64,000 bases of DNA from an uncultured Acidobacteriota bacterium (GTDB lineage Bacteria > Acidobacteriota > Vicinamibacteria > Vicinamibacterales > UBA2999), in the NCBI GenBank assembly GCA_963834325.1, contig CAWIBL010000011.1:1094109-1158108 (forward strand), given 5' to 3'. Both the position numbers and the translations under genes were made by a program. Below are positions 18,470-29,435 of the stretch, in pieces; position 1 is the stretch's first letter; each line of letters starts with the position of its first letter. The notes beneath the pieces were generated by a model. The model worked only from the letters and a program-made list of their open reading frames with translations, ran no database searches and was not told where the DNA came from.

Positions 18470-18934
18470 ATGCCCGAGCTCGACGACTTCGACAAGCGCC
18501 TGCTCCGCCTGTTGCAGCACGACGCCCGCCTCACCACGCAGGAGCTGGCCGACCGCGCCGGGCTGTCGGTGTCCCCGGCGTGGCGCCGCATCCGCCGCCT
18601 CGAACAGGAGGGCATCATCCGCGGGCAGGTGGCGATGCTCGATCCCCGCAAGCTCGGCCTGCACGCCGTGGCCTACGTGCACGTCTCGCTGCTCGATCAC
18701 GCCGAGGCGACCATCGCGCGCTTCGACCAGTTCGTGCAGGAACAGGATCAGGTGGTCGAATGCGCCTCGATCACCGGGTCGAACGACTACGTCATCAGGG
18801 TCGTCGCCAAGGATCCGGAGGACCTCGAGTTCTTCATCATGCGGAAGCTGCTGGCGCTCGGCGTGGTGCGGTCCTCGGCCACCAACTTCGTGCTGCGCCA
18901 GACGAAGTACACGACGGCGCTGCCGATCGAGTAG
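18470..18934 (+). CDS. Lrp/AsnC-family transcriptional regulator, divergent from phhA
   Basis: The sequence begins MPELDDFDKRLLRLLQHDARLTTQELADRAGLSVSPAWRRIRRLEQEGII and is followed by an RAM/AsnC_trans_reg domain. The shared intergenic region 18356-18469 is AT-enriched. Confidence 0.9.
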   Translation: MPELDDFDKRLLRLLQHDARLTTQELADRAGLSVSPAWRRIRRLEQEGIIRGQVAMLDPRKLGLHAVAYVHVSLLDHAEATIARFDQFVQEQDQVVECASITGSNDYVIRVVAKDPEDLEFFIMRKLLALGVVRSSATNFVLRQTKYTTALPIE

Positions 18935-18961
18935 AGGCGGACCGCCGGCGCCGGCGGCACG

Positions 18962-21568
18962 TCAGTCGGTGCGCAAGGCGGTCATCGGCGCCAGCACCGC
19001 GGCCCGCGCGGCCGGCACCAGCGCGGCGGCCAGCGCGGCCAGACCCAGCGATCCCGCGGCGGCGCCGAGGGCCACCGGATCCCAGAACGCCACGCCGAAG
19101 AGTTGCGCCGAGAGCAGGTAGCCGGCGCCCACGGCGAGCGGCAGGCCGAGCAGCAATCCCAGGACGACGTGCCGGAACGCGCTGCCCAGCACGAGCCGGA
19201 CGATGCGCGGGCGATCGGCGCCGAGGGCCATGCGCACCCCGATTTCGCTGGTGCGGCGCGCCACCGAGTAGGCGGTCACGCCGTAGAGGCCGATGGCGGC
19301 CAGGACCAGCGCGACGACGCCGAACAGGCCGGCCAGGCTGGCCACGGCCCGCGGCTGATCGAAGGTGCGTTCGACCTGTTCGCTCAGGGTCCGGATGCTG
19401 GTGACGACGAGGTTCGGATCCGCGTCCGCGAGCACGCGCGCGACCTGCGGCTCCAGCACCCCGGGCGGGAGGTTGGTGACGAGCAGCAGCCCGCCCACGT
19501 AGTGCGACGCCGTCTCGACCCGGCGCATCAGCGGATTGGCGTAGTCGACCGTCTGCGCCAGCGGCACGAAGAACATCGGCCGCATCGGACGATCCAGCTG
19601 GAAGCCGGCAAACCGCGCGTCCTTCACCACCCCCACGATGCGGAAGCTGTTGGCGTTCTCGGGCAGGTTCAGGCCGAAGTGCTGATCGAGCGGATCCTCG
19701 CCGTCGGTGAAGAAGCGCCTCACGAACGCCTCGTTGACGACGGCGACGGCTTCGGCCGTGGCGTTGTCGGCGGCGCTGAAATGGCGTCCGCGCACCAGCT
19801 TCACGCCCAGCTGCTGCAGGTAATCGGCGCTCACGCGGTCCCACGAGGCGCCGGTCTGTTCGCCCGGTTCCGCCAGCGGCTTGCCGGCGATGATCACGCC
19901 TTCGCCCCAGTTGTCGGTGAGCGGGTTGTAGAGCGCCAGGCCGGTGCCGTGGATGCCGGGCATGGCGCCGAGGCGTTCTTCGAGGTTGCGATAGAGCGCG
20001 CTCAGCCGTTCCCCGGTGAACGAGGCCGAGGGCCGTCCCACCGAGACGATGACCCGGCCCTCCTGCTCGAAGTGGAAGTCCTGACCCTCGAGATTGCCCA
20101 GGCTCCGTCCGAGCATCATCGACCCGGCCACGAGCACGACCGAGAGCGTGGCCTGCACCACCAGCAGCGCCGTGCGCGCCACTGACGAGCGGTCGCCGGC
20201 GGTGCGGCCGGCGCCGCGCAGCGCCTCGATCGGGTCGGTGCGGGTGGCGAGCCACGCCGGCGCTGCCCCGAAGAGCAGTCCGGTCACGAGCGCCAGGCCG
20301 GTGGCGAAGGCGAGCACGAGCGGCGAGGGCGTGGTGTCGATGGGCAGCAGCGTCGCCCCGGCGAAGGCCAGCGACAACAGCAGTCGCGCCGCCGCCATGG
20401 CCACGAGCAGGCCGGCCAGGGCGCCGCCCACCGCGAGGAGCACGCTCTCGACCAGGGCTTCGCTCACAATCTGGCGCCGCGAGGCGCCCATCGCCAGGCG
20501 CACGGCGGTCTGGCCGCGCCGGGCGACCGCCCGCGCCAGCAGCAGGTTGGCCACGTTGGCGCAGGCGATGAGCAGCACCAGGCCGCACACCGCCAGCAGA
20601 ATCTGCAGGCTGCGTCCGTATTGCTCCTTCATCACCCCGACCCCGCCGCCGGCCGGCACCACGGCGATGACCTGTTGCGGCAGCACCCGCTCCACGGTGG
20701 CCATCCAGTTGGGCGGGTAGCCGGCTTCCCGCTGCATCCACTGCCGGAGCAGGCCCGTGAGCCGGGCGTCGAGCCCCTCCACTGTCGCGTCCGGCCGCAG
20801 CCGGCCGATGACGCGCAGCCAGGCCGAGACCGGCTGGCGCAGCAGCGACGTGTCGCCGGCGATGAGCGGCTCCTGCTGCAGCGGCACCCAGGCGTCGGGG
20901 GGATTGGCTTTCAGGGTCTCGCCGTAGAAACCAGGCGGACCGATGCCGGCAACGGTGAAGGCGCGGCCTTCCATGACGAGGGTGGCGCCCACGATCGAGG
21001 GGTCGCCGCCGTAGAGCCCCTGCCAGGCGTGATAGGCCAGCACCACCACCGGCGCCGCGGCCGGCGTGTCGTCGGCGGCAGTGAAGACGCGGCCAGCGAA
21101 GGCGTTGAGGCCGAGCGTCTCGAAGTAGTTGCCGGTGACGTAGGTGGTGCGGTGGGGGCGCGGCGCCTGGTTCACGCCCTGGCGGCGCACGCTCATCCGG
21201 TTGCCACCGGCCTGGAAGGCCGTCATCGCCGCGAATTCGGGCGTGTCGGCCTTCAGGCGCTCGAACAGCGGGAACGAAAACATGCCCCAGCGATCTTGCG
21301 GGCCGCCCTGCACGCAACAGTTGTCGCCGTCGCCGATGCGATAAAGGCGGGCCGGATCGCCGACCGGCAGCGACTTCAGCATCACCGCGTGCATCAGCGT
21401 GAAGATGGCGGTGGTGCCGCCGATGCCGAGGGCCAGCGTCAATACCGCCGTGGCGGTGAAGACCCGCGCCGAACGGAACTTGCGCAGGGCGTAACCCAGG
21501 TCGCGAATGAAGGTGCTCACGTCTGCGTTAGACGGAGGTTGCCGGCCCTTCGTTGAATCGCCAGCCAA
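18962..21568 (-). CDS. ADOP-family duplicated FtsX-type ABC transporter permease
   Basis: 868-aa intact ORF. It has DLGYALRKFRSARVFTATAVLTLALGIGGTTAIF, two MacB-like periplasmic/FtsX halves, and the C-terminal LVPAARAAVLAPMTALRTD. The start is uncertain: TTG at 21568 or GTG at 21520. Confidence 0.9.
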   Translation of the reverse strand: MAGDSTKGRQPPSNADVSTFIRDLGYALRKFRSARVFTATAVLTLALGIGGTTAIFTLMHAVMLKSLPVGDPARLYRIGDGDNCCVQGGPQDRWGMFSFPLFERLKADTPEFAAMTAFQAGGNRMSVRRQGVNQAPRPHRTTYVTGNYFETLGLNAFAGRVFTAADDTPAAAPVVVLAYHAWQGLYGGDPSIVGATLVMEGRAFTVAGIGPPGFYGETLKANPPDAWVPLQQEPLIAGDTSLLRQPVSAWLRVIGRLRPDATVEGLDARLTGLLRQWMQREAGYPPNWMATVERVLPQQVIAVVPAGGGVGVMKEQYGRSLQILLAVCGLVLLIACANVANLLLARAVARRGQTAVRLAMGASRRQIVSEALVESVLLAVGGALAGLLVAMAAARLLLSLAFAGATLLPIDTTPSPLVLAFATGLALVTGLLFGAAPAWLATRTDPIEALRGAGRTAGDRSSVARTALLVVQATLSVVLVAGSMMLGRSLGNLEGQDFHFEQEGRVIVSVGRPSASFTGERLSALYRNLEERLGAMPGIHGTGLALYNPLTDNWGEGVIIAGKPLAEPGEQTGASWDRVSADYLQQLGVKLVRGRHFSAADNATAEAVAVVNEAFVRRFFTDGEDPLDQHFGLNLPENANSFRIVGVVKDARFAGFQLDRPMRPMFFVPLAQTVDYANPLMRRVETASHYVGGLLLVTNLPPGVLEPQVARVLADADPNLVVTSIRTLSEQVERTFDQPRAVASLAGLFGVVALVLAAIGLYGVTAYSVARRTSEIGVRMALGADRPRIVRLVLGSAFRHVVLGLLLGLPLAVGAGYLLSAQLFGVAFWDPVALGAAAGSLGLAALAAALVPAARAAVLAPMTALRTD

Positions 21569-21625
21569 TCCGGCCGGGACGAACGGCGCGCGCGGCCGGG
21601 CTGGACCCGCCCCGCGCGCCCTCGA

Positions 21626-22774
21626 CTACTGCTTGCGGTAGGTGCTGACTGCCGGCAGGCGCGAGCCGGTGCCCGGCGGCGGCGCCGGCTCGCCGACCAC
21701 GTTCATGGTGATCGAGCCGATGCCGTCGATCGACGCGGTCATCTTCTCGCCCGGCTTCAGGAAGCGCTCGGCCCCGCGGTAGGCCTGGCCCATCCCGGTG
21801 CCGCCCGAGGTGCCGTTGTTGACGACGTCGCCGGGGAAGAGGGTGATGATCGACGAGCCGTACTCGATCAGCTCGTAGATCGAGTGGATCATGTCGGCGG
21901 CGCCGGCTTCCTGCATCACCTTGCCGTCGACCGTGAGCGTCTGGCGCAGGCGCTTCATCGGGTCGCCGTAGAACTCCTTCGGCACGATCCACGGGCCCAT
22001 CGGCGCGAAGGTGTCGTGGCCTTTGCCGACCAGCCAGTCCGAGCCGGGCCGCGAGTCGGGCGGCCGGCCGCCGCGGTCCGAGACGTCGACGGTGACCATG
22101 TAGCCGAAGATGTGCTCGGCCGCCTTGTCGGCCGGCACGTCGCGGGCCGCCCGGCCGATGACGATGCCGAGCTCGACTTCCCAGTCCACGCGGTCGCGGC
22201 CGTGCGGGATGATCGACGTCGTCGCCGTCGCCGACCACGGCGCCGCGCGTCGGCTTGAGGAAGAGATACGGCACGCCGCGCTTGGCCCGCCGTTCGGCCT
22301 CGGCCTTCTTCTGCTCCTCGGCGGTGCCGGTTTCGCCGACGTGCGTGTAGAAGTTGACGGCGGCGTTGAGCATCTTGCCCGGCATCAGCGGGGCCAGGAT
22401 GTCGACCGACTTCACGTCGTGCACCCAGGCCGGCCGGGACGTGCCGGTCAGGCGGTTGCTGCGCACCAGGTAGTTGACGATCTCGTAGAGCCGGGTCTTC
22501 ATCCCGTACTCGTAGCGCCCGACGAGGTCGACCATCGTCGGCGGCATCGGGCATCGGCGGATAGGCCGGGTCGCGCTGCGAGCACGCGGTTGGCCGCCGC
22601 GAGATCGACGACGAGGGTGTCGCGCAGCACGATGCCGATGCGCGGCTCGCCGCCGATGTCGAAGGTGCCGAGCTTGAACGGCTCGGCGCTGCTGATGGCC
22701 GGATTGCCCTGCGCCGTGGCCGGCGCCGGACCGACGAGGACGGACAGTGCCGTCAGGACCGCGAGAACTCTCAT
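21626..22774 (-). pseudogene. Fumarylacetoacetate hydrolase (FAH)-family protein with a signal peptide; two frame breaks (~22552, ~22213)
   Basis: The pieces run MRVLAVLTALSVL (ATG 22774, GGAGGAGG upstream), then PPTMVDLVGRYEYGMK..LFLKPTRGAVVGDGDDV, then IIPHGRDRVDWEVELGIVIG...GTSGGTG. The ~22213 junction is one extra base. The ~22552 junction looks like one missing C. Confidence 0.85.
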
Positions 22775-22832
22775 AGAACCTCCTCCGAATGGCCTCCTTT
22801 GTAGCAGGCGCCGCCCATTGCCGCCGGTAAAA

Positions 22833-22912
22833 GGATGTCTTGGAGATGTCTGCAACTTGTCTCCGCGGCGGACCGGCCCCCTAGACAACTTGCAGACAAT
22901 TCCTAGACATGG
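22833..22912. promoter_or_regulatory. Large imperfect inverted repeat in the divergent FAH / TonB-receptor intergenic region
   Basis: The left arm is GGATGTCTTGGAGATGTCTGCAACTTGTCTCC (22833-22864). The reverse complement of the right arm (22881-22912) is CCATGTCTAGGAATTGTCTGCAAGTTGTCTAG. They match at 24 of 32 positions and 15 of 16 in the TGTCTGCAA(C/G)TTGTCT core. The region is AT-enriched relative to its flanks. Confidence 0.4.
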
Positions 22913-22985
22913 TTTGACAACGCCCGGGCCGGCGAACGGCTAAGCTCGCGCCGATTCGACCGACTCCGAAAGGGAGGGGTTTCAC

Positions 22986-25931
22986 ATGGTGGCTGCTGCA
23001 CGACTCCTGCTGTTCATCTCGAGTGTGTTCGTCGCCGCGTCCTCTCCGGCCTTCGCCCAGCAACGCGGCGCGATCTCCGGGAAGGTGCTCGACCCGGATG
23101 GGCTGGCGCTGCCTGGCGCCACCGTGCGTCATCACCAACGCCGCGACCGGCTTCACCCGCGAGGCCGTCACCGCCGACACCGGCGCGTATTCGGTGCCGA
23201 GCCTCGAGCCCGGCACCTACGACGTGGCCGTCTCCATGGCCGGCTTCGGCAACGCCACCCGCACCGGGCTGGTGCTGGCGCCGGGCTCGGTCGTCACGCT
23301 CGAGTTGAAGCTCACCGTCGCCGGCGTTCAGGAGAACCTGGTGGTGACCGGCGAGTCGCCGCTCGTCGAGCGCACCAGCAACCAGATCGGCGGCAGCCTG
23401 TCGCGGCGCGAGATCGAAGAAGTGCCGTCGAACTTCCGCAACTTCACCGGCCTGACCCAGCTCATTCCGGGCATGACCCCGAATCCGGCGACCTCCACCT
23501 TCGAAGGCGGCCAGGTGGTGGCCAACGGGTCGCCGTCGCAGCAGAACGTCTACCTGATCGACGGGATGTACAACAACGACGACCGCCTGGGCGGCAGCCA
23601 GGGCACGCAGGTGCGCCTCGTCCTCGACAACATCGAGGAGTACCAGGTGCTGGCCAACCAGTACAGCTCGGAGTACGGCGGCGGCGCCGGCGCCATCATC
23701 AACATGGTGACCCGCGGCGGCACCAACGACATCCGCGGCCGCGTCTACTCGTACTTCCGCGACGAGACGCTCAACGCCCGCGGCAAGTTCCTGACCGCCG
23801 GTCAGCCCAAGCCGCCCGAGCGCACGCTGCAGGCCGGCTTCGGCCTGGGCGGTCCGATCGTCCGCAACCGCGCCCACTTCTACTTCACCTACGAGCGCGA
23901 CAACGAGGACATCGCCGGCCAGAAGCGCTTCCCGGCCGCGGCGGCGCCGCTGGCCGTGGACCAGGTCGGCTTCTTCACGGTGCGCGCCAACAACTACTTC
24001 GCCCGCGCCGACCTGCAGCTGAACGACCGCAACTTCCTCAACGGGCGCTGGCTGCTCGAGGACGCGGCCTCGCGCGGCGAGGGCTTCAACACCAACAACG
24101 CAGACCCCCGACGCCCAGGATTTCGGAGGCCGACCACGACACGCTGTGGGCCGGCACCTACACCAGCGTGATGACCGACCGGCTGTCGAGCGTCACCCGC
24201 TTCGGGCGCATCGGCGAAGAGCTGACGACGGCGCCGCAAGGCTTCTTCAACGACAGCGGCAAGGCCATCGGCTTCGACGGCCGCGACCCGTTCTCGATCG
24301 GCCAGCGCAACCAGCACGCCAGCTACATCACCGGCACCGGCGGCACCGGCCCGACCACGGTGATCCGCACCTACGTCGTCGACCAGGCGTTCAGCTACTT
24401 CATCCCCAGCCTGTTCGGCGGCGAGCACACCGTGAAGGCCGGCGGCGGTTACAGCTGGAACAACATGGACCCGCGCTCGACGTTCGATTCCGGCACCTTC
24501 CAGTTCCGCACCGACGCGCCCTACAACCCGGCCGACCCGGCCACCCATCCCTTCCAGTTCGACGTCACCGTCGGCCCCCGCAGCGACTACGGCTACGCGT
24601 GGTGTCGAAGGACCAGCGCCGCTACCTGTTCGTCGAGGACAAGTGGAGCGTCACGAGCAACCTGACCTTCAACCTCGGCCTGCGCTGGGACAACCACGAG
24701 CAGACGCCCAGCCACGACAACGCCTTCGCGCCGCGCGCCGGCTTCGCCTGGGACGCGCTCGGCACGGGACGCACCGTGGTCCGGGGCGGCATCGGCAAGT
24801 TCTACGCCTACGTGCCGGTGGTGCACGACCTGACCCTGCAGCAGAGCGGCGTCAGGACGCTGTTCCCGTCGATCTCGATCAACGCCGCCAGCCCGAATGC
24901 CAGTCTCGTGCTGATTCCCGACATGATCACCGACACCGCCGGCAACCCCGGCGTGGCCCGGCTGTCGCCCGCCGGCCAGGCGGTGCTGAACCGGTTGCGC
25001 GATGAAGTGGTCGCCGGGACCGGCTTCAACCGCAACCCGCGCATCGACAGCCCCGATCGCAAGATGCCCCACACCTGGTCGTGGAGCGCCGGGGTCAGCC
25101 AGGAGCTGTTCGGGCAGGTGGCGCTGTCGGTCGACTACGTCGCCAACGCGTCGCGCAATCAGCTCGGCGTCATCGACATCAACGAGCCGGTCAACGGCGT
25201 GCGCCCGGGCGTGGCCGCGTTCGACCCGACCGGCACGCTCATTCCGGCCGAGGCCCGCGGCGTGAGCTTCCAGCGCGTGCTGCAGTCGCAGACGAGCGAC
25301 GCTCTTCGACGGCGACTACAAGTCGATGCAGGTGTCGCTCGTGAAGCGCATGGCCAACCGCTGGAGCGGCCGCCTCGCCTACACCCTGCAGCGCAGCAAC
25401 TACGTCGGCGTCGGCAATCCCGACGCGCGCCGGGTGTGGCTCGACAACGACTCCGCGGGCCGACTACGGCGAGTTCCAGTCGAACCGCACCAACGTGTTC
25501 GCGGCCAGCGGCAGCTGGAACCCGTGGCGGACGCTCACCTTCGCCACGGTGGTCAGCGCCATCAGCGGCGCGCCGATCAACGAGACGGTCGGCCGCGACG
25601 TCAACGGCGACCTCGACAACAACGACCGGCCGATTCGCGGCATCGACGACCTGACCCGGCCCGATCGTCTCCGAGCTCGATTCGCAGGGCCGGGCCGTGC
25701 CGTTCGGCATTCGCGGCCCCGGCTCGTTCCTGGTCGACCTGTCGATGCGCTACCAGCTGCCGCTCGGCGGCCGGCTCGACAGCCTCGACTTCTTCTTCGA
25801 CGTGTTCAACGTCTTCAACCGCCTGAACGAGGTCGCGCCGACCGGCAACCGTTCGTCGCCGAACTTCCTGATTGCCGACCTCGGCCCAGTTCCCGCTGCA
25901 GTCGCAGCTCGGCATCCGGCTGCGGTTCTGA
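22986..25931 (+). pseudogene. TonB-dependent-receptor-like outer-membrane protein (CarboxypepD_reg N-domain type); about 8 frame breaks
   Basis: It has the signal MVAAARLLLFISSVFVAASSPAFAQ and GKVLDPDGLALPGATV. Later segments include ..NLVVTGESPLVERTSNQIGG.., ..YGGGAGAIINMVTRGGTN.. and ..NLGLRWDNHE. The C-terminus is FNVFNRLN...QLGIRLRF with the stop at 25929-25931. The frames used are 0,1,2,0,2,0,1,2,0. Confidence 0.85.
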
Positions 25932-25941
25932 GGCCACGGTC

Positions 25942-26890
25942 ATGCGGGCCCTGGCAATTGCGGCGGTGATGGGGGTGGCGCTGCTCGGCGGCGCCGCCGC
26001 CCCGGCGATGGCCCAGATGGAGCTGGGCGTCATCAAGGGCCGGGTCGTCGACGAGGCCGGCGCGCCGCTCGAGGGCGTGAAGATCCGGCTGGTCAACGTC
26101 GACCGCGGCCGCGAGGTCGTGCTCACGAGCGGCAAGGACGGCCGCTTCTACCGGCGCGGCCTGCAGGCCGTCGAGTACGAGATGACGGTCGAGCGCGAGG
26201 GCTACCAGCCGATCAGCGACAAGGTGAAGCTGGTCGCCGGCACCGACCGCGACTTCGACTTCAAGCTGGCCAAGGCCGCCGCCGGCGGCTCGAAGGAGTT
26301 CCAGGCCGGCGTCGCCGCCTTCAGCAGCGGCAACTTCGCCCTGGCCGCCACGCAGTTCGAGGCGGCCATCGCCCAGGCGCCGACCGTGCCGGCGCTGCAC
26401 GTCAACCTGGCGCTGGCCTACTTCCGCCTGAACCGCGTCACCGACGCGGTGGCGAGCCTCGAGAAGGCGGCGGCGCTGGCGCCGACCGATGCCGGCCATC
26501 CAGTATCAGCTCGGCAGCGCCTACGTCGACATGCAGGCCTACGACAAGGCCGTGGCGGCGCTCGAGAAGGGGCTGGCGGGCGAAGCCGAACCTCGCCACC
26601 GACGCCCTGGCCCTCGAAGCCGCGTCGACGCTCGGCGCGGTCTACTTCGCGCAGGGCAAGGTCGGCCGAGGCCGAAGCGCAGTTCCAGCGCGTGCTCGCG
26701 GCCAAGCCCGGCGCCGCCGGGGCCACGCTCGGCATGGCCAAGATCCACTTCAGCAAGGGCGAGGTGGAGAAGGCCCTGGCGCTGTTCGACCAGGTCGTGG
26801 CCGACCATCCCGGCACGCCCGAGGCCACGCAGGCCGCGACGTTCATCAAGGAGCTCCGCAAGGGCCCACTTCAAGGGGGACGTACAGTGA
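25942..26890 (+). pseudogene. Secreted CarboxypepD_reg-like plus TPR-repeat protein; about 4 +1 frame breaks
   Basis: It starts MRALAIAAVMGVALLGGAAAPAMAQ and contains GVIKGRVVDEAGAPLEGVKIRLVN. The TPR-like segments NFALAATQFEAAIAQAP, YQLGSAYVDMQAYDKAVAALEKGL and MAKIHFSKGEVEKALALFDQVV lie in frames 1,2,0,1,2. The stop at 26888-26890 overlaps the next ATG as TGATG. Confidence 0.7.
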
Positions 26891-28013
26891 TGAAGCACAT
26901 CGGCACCGCCAGCGCGGCGCTCTCGCTCCTGATCGCCGTCGGTCGTCATCGCGCAGGAAAAGGGCGGCGGCGACGAGACCGGCCCCTACGAGGTGGTGGC
27001 CGGCTGGCCCCAGAACTACTGCGGCGACGGCTTCGTCATCGGCTCGACCGGCGGCATCTGGGCGGAGAGCCCGGACCGCGTCTACATCTTCAATCGCGGC
27101 TGCCTGCCGGCGCATCAAGGACGCCCGCGGCGCGGCCGAACAGCTTCATTCCCGCCGCGCAACGCCTCGGGCTACGACCTGTCGCAGAAGGATCCGGCCC
27201 GGCACCCGCGCTGGGATCACGTGTTCAACGTGGTCGACCGCGAGCGGCAAGCTCATCGAGTCGTGGGACCAGCACAACAAGATGTTCGTGCGTCCGCACC
27301 GGGTGCTGGTCAACCCCTACGACGCCGAACGTCATGTGTGGCTGGTCGACGACGGCGCCCACGCCATCTACAAGTTCACCCGCGACGGCAAGAAGCTGGT
27401 GATGACGGTGGGCACGCCGATGCAGCCGGGCGACGACGGCACGCACTTCAACCGGCCGACCGACATCGCGTGGCTGCCCGACGGCACGTTCTTCGTCAGC
27501 GACGGCTACGTCAACACCCGCGTCGCCAAGTTCGACAAGGACGGCAAGTTCCTGATGACGTGGGGCCAGAAGGGCAACGAGCCGACCGAGACGCGGCCCG
27601 GCTACATGAACACCGTGCACGCCATCGCCATCGACAAGAACCGGCGCATCTACATCAGCGACCGGGCCAACTCGCGCATCCAGGTGTTCGACGAGAACGG
27701 CAAGTTCCTCGACGCCTGGCCCAACATCCGCCGGCCGTATTCGGTGCTGCTGTCGGAGGACCAGCACCTGTGGGTGGCCGACGGCACCACGCAGAAGTTC
27801 ACCAAGTTCGACCTGACCGGCAAGCTCCTCTACTCGTGGGGCACGTTCGGCGCGTTCCCCGGCGGCTTCTGGGGCGTGCACCAGTTCCACACCGACAGCG
27901 AGGGCAACCTCTACACCGCCGACGTGCACGTCGGCCGGCCGCAGAAGTTCCGGCCGAAGAAGGGCGCCAACCCGGCCCACATCATCGGCACCTACATGCG
28001 CGGCACGAACTGA
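26890..28013 (+). pseudogene. NHL-repeat six-bladed beta-propeller, PAL (peptidyl-alpha-hydroxyglycine alpha-amidating lyase)-like, copy 1; about 5 +1 frame breaks in the first 360 nt
   Basis: GGGGGA lies upstream of the ATG at 26890. The sequence starts MKHIGTASAALSLLIAV. It contains MQPGDDGTHFNRPTDIAWLPDGTFFVSDGYVNTRVAKFDKDGKFLMTWG, TVHAIAIDKNRRIYISDRANSRIQVF and GVHQFHTDSEGNLYTADV. ORF 27282..28013 is intact. Confidence 0.8.
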
Positions 28014-28069
28014 TCGGCGGCGCGGCGCCGCCGCGACGGCGTTCACCCTCCTGTTCGCGGAGGCCGACG

Positions 28070-29340
28070 ATGGTGCGACCCGGCTGGCTGCTCCTGTCGA
28101 TGGGAATCGTGCGCCGGTGACGCTGGCGCGGTGCGCGCCGTCCCCGGCCTCGTCCGAGAACGCGCCGGCGGCGTCCGGCTCGGCGCGCCGCCACGGTCGC
28201 CAGCGAGCGCGGCGGGCAGGAGGAGTTCGGGCCCTACGAGCCGGTGCCCAACTGGCCGCAGCCGCTGCCCGACGGCGCCGACGGCGTCACGCACGACGGC
28301 TGGACCTGGGGCTCGGTGGGCGCGGTCTACGCCGAGTCGCCCGACCGCATCTGGATTGCGCAGCGCGGCGAGCTGCCGCTGCCGCCGGGCGCGGCGCCGT
28401 GGACGCCCTACGCGATGCTGAGTCCCGTCGCGCGGCAGCGCCACCGGCAACGACGACGGCCTCGGCGCCACGTGCGAGCCTGCCGCCAAGCGCGGCTGGG
28501 AGCGCCGCTACCACCACGTCATCTTCGTCGTCGACCGCGACGGCAAGATGGTGCAGCAGTGGCCGCAGCACGACACGCTGTTCGACAGGACCTGCGGCCG
28601 CGGCCCGCACAAGATCAAGATGAGCCCGTACGACCCCGAGACAAGCACGTCTGGGTGTTCGACGATCAGCTCCACGTCATCCACAAGTTCACCTACGACG
28701 GCAAGCTGGTCATGACGCTCGGCACCAAGGGGCAGCGCGGCCGCGACGCCGGCCGGCTCTTCGACCGTCCGACCGACATCGCCTGGCTGCCCGACGGCAC
28801 GTTCTTCATCACCGACGGCTACGGCGGCACGCGCGTGGCCAAGTTCGACAAGGACGGCACGTTCCTGATGGACTGGGGCGCGGCCGCCGAAGGACCCGAA
28901 GCAACCCCGGGCCCAACGAGTGGAACACCGTGCACAGCATCGCCATCAGCGACGACCGGCGGCTGTTCATCGTCGACCGCGGTCATCGCCGCATGCAGGT
29001 GTTCGACGAGCACGGCAAGTTCCTCGACATGTGGACGCACCGGGGTGCGCTCGTCGCCCTACGCGCACTTCATCTCGACGGACCAGTTCCTCTGGGTGGC
29101 CGACGGCGGCACCATGCGGATGCTGAAGTACGACCTGAACGGCACGCTACCTCTACGGCTGGGGCGCGCCGGGTGGGCAGCCGGGCCAGTTCAACGGCGC
29201 CGCACTCCCTGACGGTCGACCAGGAAGGCAACATGTACACGGCCGAGGTCTTCGGCGGCCGGGTGCAGAAGTTCCGGCCCAAGCCGAGCGCCGACCCGGC
29301 CAAGGTGATGGGCCAGGAAGCGCGGCTGGGCGGGAGCTAG
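28070..29340 (+). pseudogene. NHL-repeat beta-propeller, PAL-like, copy 2 (paralog of copy 1); about 11 frame breaks
   Basis: GGAGG lies 7 nt upstream of the ATG at 28070 (MVRPGWLLLSMGIV). The sequence contains EEFGPYEPVPNWPQ, HKIKMSPYDPE/KHVWVFDD, LFDRPTDIAWLPDGTFFITDGYGGTRVAKFDKDGTFLMDWG, NTVHSIAISDDRRLFIVDRGHRRMQVF and HSLTVDQEGNMYTAEVFGGRVQKFRPK. Confidence 0.75.
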
Positions 29341-29435
29341 GCGGCGCCCCGACTGCCTGGCGCCCCGACCGCCTTGCGCTTGACAGCACCCGGCGGCAGG
29401 CGTAACGTGCCCGCTCAGCCATAGAACCCATCGCC

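Noticed and set aside
22914-22919. TTGACA hexamer as the -35 element of the receptor-1 promoter
   Set aside because: No acceptable -10 element lies at 16-19 nt spacing; the best candidate is TAAGCT at 20 nt. It is kept only as context for the inverted-repeat finding.
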